Assembly: GCA_964016885.1 (NCBI GenBank)
Contig: OZ024749.1
Span: forward strand, 28,954,001-29,018,000
Direction of reading: 5' to 3'
DNA length: 64,000 nucleotides
DNA from: Eledone cirrhosa
Lineage: Eukaryota
Made by a program: the position numbers and the translations under genes. Position 1 is the first letter of the stretch; each line of letters begins with the position of its first letter. Positions 58,201 through 64,000 of the stretch are shown piece by piece. Under the pieces are notes generated by a model. That model was not told the origin of the DNA. It saw only the letters and a program-made list of their open reading frames with translations, and did not search any database.

Positions 58201-61200
58201 TAAGTGGAGTTAACTATATATGTGTGGTGACTGTAAGTGGAGTTAACTATATATGTGTGGTGACTGTAAGTGGAGTTAACTATATATATGCGTGGTGACT
58301 GTAAGTGGAGTTAACTATATATATATGGTGACTGTAAGTGGAGTTAACTATATATATGTGGTGACTGTAAGTGGAGATAACTATATATATGTGGTGACTG
58401 TAAGTGGAGTTAACTATATATATATGGTGACTGTAAGTGGAGTTAACTATATATATGTGGTGACTCTAAGTGGAGTTAACTATATATATGTGGTGACTGT
58501 AAGTGGAGTTAACTATATATATGTGGTGACTGTAAGTGCAGTAAACTATATATGTATGGTGACTGTAAGTGGAGTTAACTATATATGTGTGGTGAGTGTA
58601 AGTGGAGTTAACTATATATATGTGGTGACTGTAAGTGGAGTTAACTATATATATGTGGTGACTGTAAGTGCATTAAACTATACATGTGTGGTGACTCTAA
58701 GTGGAGTTAACTATATATATGTGGTGACTGTAAGTGGAGTTAACTATATATGTGTGGTGACTGTAAGTGGAGTTAACTATATATATATATGGTGACTGTA
58801 AGTGGAGTTAACTATATATATGTGATGACTGTAAGTGGAGTAAACTATATATGTGTGGTGACTCTAAGTGGAGTTAACTATATATATGTGGTGACTGTAA
58901 GTGGAGCTACCTATATATATGTGGTGACTGTAAGTGGAGTTAACTATATATGTGTGGTGACTGTAAGTTTAGCTAACTATATATGTATGGTGACTGTAAG
59001 TGGGGTTAACGATATATGTGTGGTGACTGTAAGTGGAGTTAACTATATATGTGTGGTGACTGTAAGTGGGTTAACTATTTATGTGTGGTGACTGTAAGTG
59101 GAGTTAACTATATATGTGTGGTGACTGTAAGTGGAGTTAACTATATATATATATGGTGACTGTAAGTGGAGTTAACTATATATGTGTGGTGACTGTAAGT
59201 GGAGTTAACTATATATATGTGGTGACTGTAAGTGGAGCTAACTATATATGTGTGGTGACTGTAAGTGGAGTTAACTATATATGTGTGGTGACTGTAAGTT
59301 TAGGTAACTATATATGTGTGGTGACTGTAAGTGGAGTTAACTATATATGTGTGGTGACTGTAAGTGGAGTTAACTATATATGTGTGGTGACTGTAAGTAG
59401 AGTTAACTATATATGTGTGGTGACTGTAAGTGGAGTTAACTATATATGTGTGGTGACTGTAAGTGGAGCTAACTAAATATGTGTGGTGACTGTAAGTGGG
59501 GTTAACTATATATGTGTGGTGACTGTAAGTGGAGTTAACTATATGGGTGGTGACTGTAAGTGGCGTTAACTATATATACGTGGTGACTGTAAGTGGAGTT
59601 AACTATATATGTGTGATGACTGTAAGTGGAGTTATCTATATATGTGTGGTGACTGTAAGTGAAGTTAACTATATATGTGTGGTGACTGTAAGTGGGGTTA
59701 ACTATATATGTGTGGTGACTGTAAGTGGGGTTAACTATATATGTGTGGTGACTGTAAGTAGAGTTAACTATATGTGTGGTGACTGTAAGTGGAGTTAACT
59801 ATATATACGTGGTGACTGTAAGTGGAGTTAACTATATATGTGTGGTGACTGTAAGTGGAGTTATCTATATATGTGTGGTGACTGTAAGTGAAGTTAACTA
59901 TATATGTGTGGTGACTGTAAGTGGGGTTAACTATATATGTGTGGTGACTGTAAGTGGAGTTAACTATATGTGTGGTGACTGTAAGTGGAGTTAACTATAT
60001 ATACGTGGTGACTGTAAGTGGAGTTAACTATAAATGTGTGATGACTGTAAGTCGAGTTATCTATATATGTGTGGTGACTGTAAGTGGAGTTAACTATATA
60101 TGTGTGGTGACTGTAAGTGGAGTTAACTATATATATGTGTGGTGACTGTAAGTGGAGTTAACTATATATAACTGGTGACTCTAAGTGGAGTTAACTATAT
60201 ATGTGTGGTGACTGTAAGTGAGGCTAACTATATATGTGTGGTGACTGTAAGTGGAGTTAACTATATATGTGTGGTGACTGTAAGTGGAGTTAACTATATA
60301 TATATATGTGGGGACTGTAAGTGGAGTTAACTATATATATGTGGTGAGTGTAAGTGGAGTTAACTATATATATGTGGTGACTGTAAGTGGAGTTAACTAT
60401 ATATGTGTGGTGACTGTAAGTGGAGTTAACTATATATATATGGTGACTGTAAGTGGGGTTAACTATATATGTGTGGTGATTCTAAGTGGAGTTAACTATA
60501 TATATATGGTGACTGTAAGTGGGGTTAACTATATATGTGTGGTGACTGTAAGTGAAGTTAACTATATATATGTGTGGTGACTGTAAGTGGAGTTAACTAT
60601 ATATATGTGGTGACTGTAAGTGGAGTTAACTATATATGTGTGGTGACTGTAAGTGAGGCTAACTATATATGTGTGGTGACTGTAAGTGGAGTTAACTATA
60701 TATGTGTGGTGACTGTAAGTGGAGTTAACTATATATATATATGGTGACTGTAAGAGGAGTTAACTATATATGTGTGGTGAGTGTAAGTGGAGTTAACTAT
60801 ATATGTGTGGTGACTGTATGTTTAGCTAACTATATATGTGTGGTGACTGTAAGTGGAGTTAACTATATATGTGTGGTGACTGTAAGTGGAGTTAACTATA
60901 TATGTGTGGTGACTGTAAGTGGAGTTAACTATATATGTGTGGTGACTGTAAGTGGAGTTGACTATATATATGCGTGGTGACTGTAAGTGGAGTTAACTAT
61001 ATATATGTGGTGACTCTAAGTGGAGTTAACTATATATATGTGGTGACTGTAAGTGGAGTTAACTATATATATGTGGTGACTGTAAGTGCAGTAAACTATA
61101 TATGTATGGTGACTGTAAGTGGAGTTAACTATATATGTGTGGTGACTGTAAGTGGAGTTAACTATATATATGTGGTGACTGTAAGTGGAGTTAACTATAT

Positions 61201-64000
61201 ATGTTTGGTGACTGTAAGTGGAGTTAACTATATATGTGTGGTGACTGTAAGTTGGGCAAACTATATATGTGTGGTGACTGTAAGTGGAGTTAACTATATA
61301 TGTGTGGTGACTGTAAGTGGAGTTAACTATATATATATATGGTGACTGTAAGAGGAGTTAACTATATATGTGTGGTGACTGTAAGTGGAGTTAACTATAT
61401 ATGTGTGGTGACTGTAAGTTTAGCTAACTATATATGTGTGGTGACTGTAAGTGGAGTTAACTATATATGTGTGGTGACTGTAAGTGGAGTTAACTATATA
61501 TGTGTGGTGACTGTAAGTGGAGTTGACTATATATATGCGTGGTGACTGTAAGTGGAGTTAACTATATATATATATGGTGACTGTAAGTGGAGTTAACTAT
61601 ATATATGTGGTGACTGTAAGTGGAGATAACTATATATATGTGGTGACTGTAAGTGGAGTTAACTATATATATATGGTGACTGTAAGTGGAGTTAACTATA
61701 TATATGTGGTGACTCTAAGTGGAGTTAACTATATATATGTGGTGACTGTAAGTGGAGTTAACTATATATATGTGGTGACCGTAAGTGCAGTAAACTATAT
61801 ATGTATGGTGACTGTAAGTGGAGTTAACTATATATGTGTGGTGACTGTAAGTGGAGTTAACTATATATATGTGGTGACTGTAAGTGGAGTTAACTATATA
61901 TGTGTGGTGACTGTAAGTGGAGTTAACTATATATATGTGTGGTGACTGTAAGTGGAGTTAACTATATATAACTGGTGACTCTAAGTGGAGTTAACTATAC
62001 ATGTGTGGTGACTGTAAGTGGAGTTAACTATATATGTGTGGTGACTGTAAGTGGAGTTAACTATATATGTGTGGTGACTATAAGTGGAGTTAACTATATA
62101 TAACTGGTGACTCTAAGTGGAGTTAACTATATATGTGTGGTGACTGTAAGTGAGGCTAACTATATATGTGTGGTGACTGTAAGTGGAGTTAACTATATAT
62201 GTGTGGTGACTGTAAGTGGAGTTAACTATATATATATATGGTGACTGTAAGTGGAGTTAACTATATATGTGTGGTGACTGTAAGTGGAGTTAACTATATA
62301 TGTGTGGTGACTGTAAGTTTAGCTAACTATATATGTGTGGTGGCTGTAAGTGGAGTGAACTATATATGTGTGGTGACTGTAAGTGGAGTTAACTATATAT
62401 ATGCGTGGTGACTGTAAGTGGAGTTAACTATATATATATGTGGTGACTGTAAGTGGAGTTAACTATATATATATGTGGTGACTCTAAGTGGAGATAACTA
62501 TATATATGTGGTGACTGTAAGTGGAGATAACTATATATATGTGGTGACTGTAAGTGGAGTTAACTATATATATATGGTGACTCTAAGTGGAGTAAACTAT
62601 ATATGTGTGGTGACTCTAAGTGGAGTTAACTATATATATGTGGTGACTGTAAGTGGAGTTAACTATATATATGTGGTTACTGTAAGTGGAGCTAACTATA
62701 TATGTGTGGTGACTGTAAGTGGAGTTAACTATATATGTGTGGTGACTGTAAGTGGGGTTAACTATATTTGTGTGATGACTGTAAGTGGAGTTAACTATAT
62801 ATGTGTGGTGACTGTAAGTGGAGTTAACTATATATGTGTGGTGACTGTAAGTGTAGTTAACTATATATGTGTGGTGACTGTAAGTGGAGTTAACTATATA
62901 TATATGGTGACTGTAAGTGGAGTTAACTATATATGTGTGGTGACTGTAAGTTTAGCTAACTATATATGTGTGGTGACTGTAAGTGGAGTTAACTATATAT
63001 ATGTGTGGTGACTGTAAGTGGGGTTAACTATATATGTGTGGTGACTGTAAGTGAAGTTAACTATATATATGTGTGGTGACTGTAAGTGGAGTTATCTATA
63101 TATATATATGTGGTGACTGTAAGTGGAGTTAACTATATATGTGTGGTGACTGTAAGTGAGGCTAACTATATATGTGTGGTGACTGTAAGTGGAGTTAACT
63201 ATATATGTGTGGTGACTGTAAGTGGAGTTAACTATATATATATATGGTGACTGTAAGAGGAGTTAACTATATATGTGTGGTGACTGTAAGTGGAGTTAAC
63301 TATATATGTGTGGTGACTGTAAGTTTAGCTAACTATATATGTGTGGTGACGGTAAGTGGAGTTAACTATATATGTGTGGTGACTGTAAGTGGAGCTAACT
63401 ATATATGTGTGGTGACTGTAAGTGGAGTTAACTATATATTTGTGGTGACTGTAAGTGGAGTTAACTATATATTTGTAGTTACTGTAAGTGGAGCTAACTA
63501 TATATGTGTGGTGACTGTAAGTGGAGTTAACTATATATGTGTGGTGACTGTAAGTGGGGTTAACTATATATACATATGGTGACTGTAAGTGGAGTTAACT
63601 ATATATATGTGGTGACTGTAACTGGATTTAACTATATATATGTGGTGACTGTAAGTGCATTAAACTATATATGTGTGGTGACTCTAAGTGGAGTTAACTA
63701 TATATATGTGGTGACTGTAAGTGGAGTTAACTATATATGTGTGGTGACTGTAAGTGGAATTAACTATATATATATATGGTGACTGTAAGTGGAGTTAACT
63801 ATATATATGTGGTGACTGTAAGTGGAGTAAACTATATATGTGTGGTGACTCTAAGTGGAGTTAACTATATATATGTGGTTACTGTAAGTGGAGCTACCTA
63901 TATATATATATGGTGACTGTAAGTGGAGTTAACTATATATATGTGGTGACTGTAAGTGCATTAAACTATATATGTGTGGTGACTCTAAGTGGAGTTAACT
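31285..64000. repeat. 33-bp satellite DNA array (~990 monomers, runs off window end)
   Basis: Consensus gtggtgactgtaagtggagttaactatatatgt repeated head-to-tail without visible TE interruption; variant monomers of ~29-35 bp, mostly from TA slippage. Confidence 0.98.

Noticed and set aside
31324-63782. Dozens of ORFs encoding (VVTVSGVNYIC)n, superficially a beta-solenoid repeat protein
   Set aside because: One frame is open only because the monomer is 33 bp. Frequent 2-bp TA indels shift the frame every few hundred bases, so no coding constraint is visible.
31285-64000. CRISPR-like array (33-bp repeat)
   Set aside because: The monomers are contiguous with no unique spacers, there are no cas genes, and the context is eukaryotic.

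Overview
This is eukaryotic, AT-rich, microsatellite-dense genomic DNA; the SINE types and repeat landscape suggest an octopus-like cephalopod (inference). The only host coding sequence I can support is the last two exons of the DNA polymerase alpha catalytic subunit (POLA1, + strand, 2687-2762 and 3772-3893). Positions 1-31 kb hold tRNA-derived SINEs, CR1 and L1/Tx1 LINE 3' fragments, nested Tc1/mariner and hAT MITEs, and minisatellites. Most notably, they also hold about a dozen short fold-back (palindromic) insertions sitting in (TA)n tracts. Many of these carry a type I minimal hammerhead ribozyme (CUGANGA-stemII-GAAA-palindromic stemIII-UH), and a decayed GIY-YIG endonuclease remnant lies nearby. 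Together this points to several families of Penelope-like retroelement (PLE) inverted pseudo-LTRs. From ~31.3 kb to the window end is a single 33-bp satellite array (~990 monomers) with kb-scale higher-order duplications. Nearly all ORFs in the supplied track are repeat artefacts.
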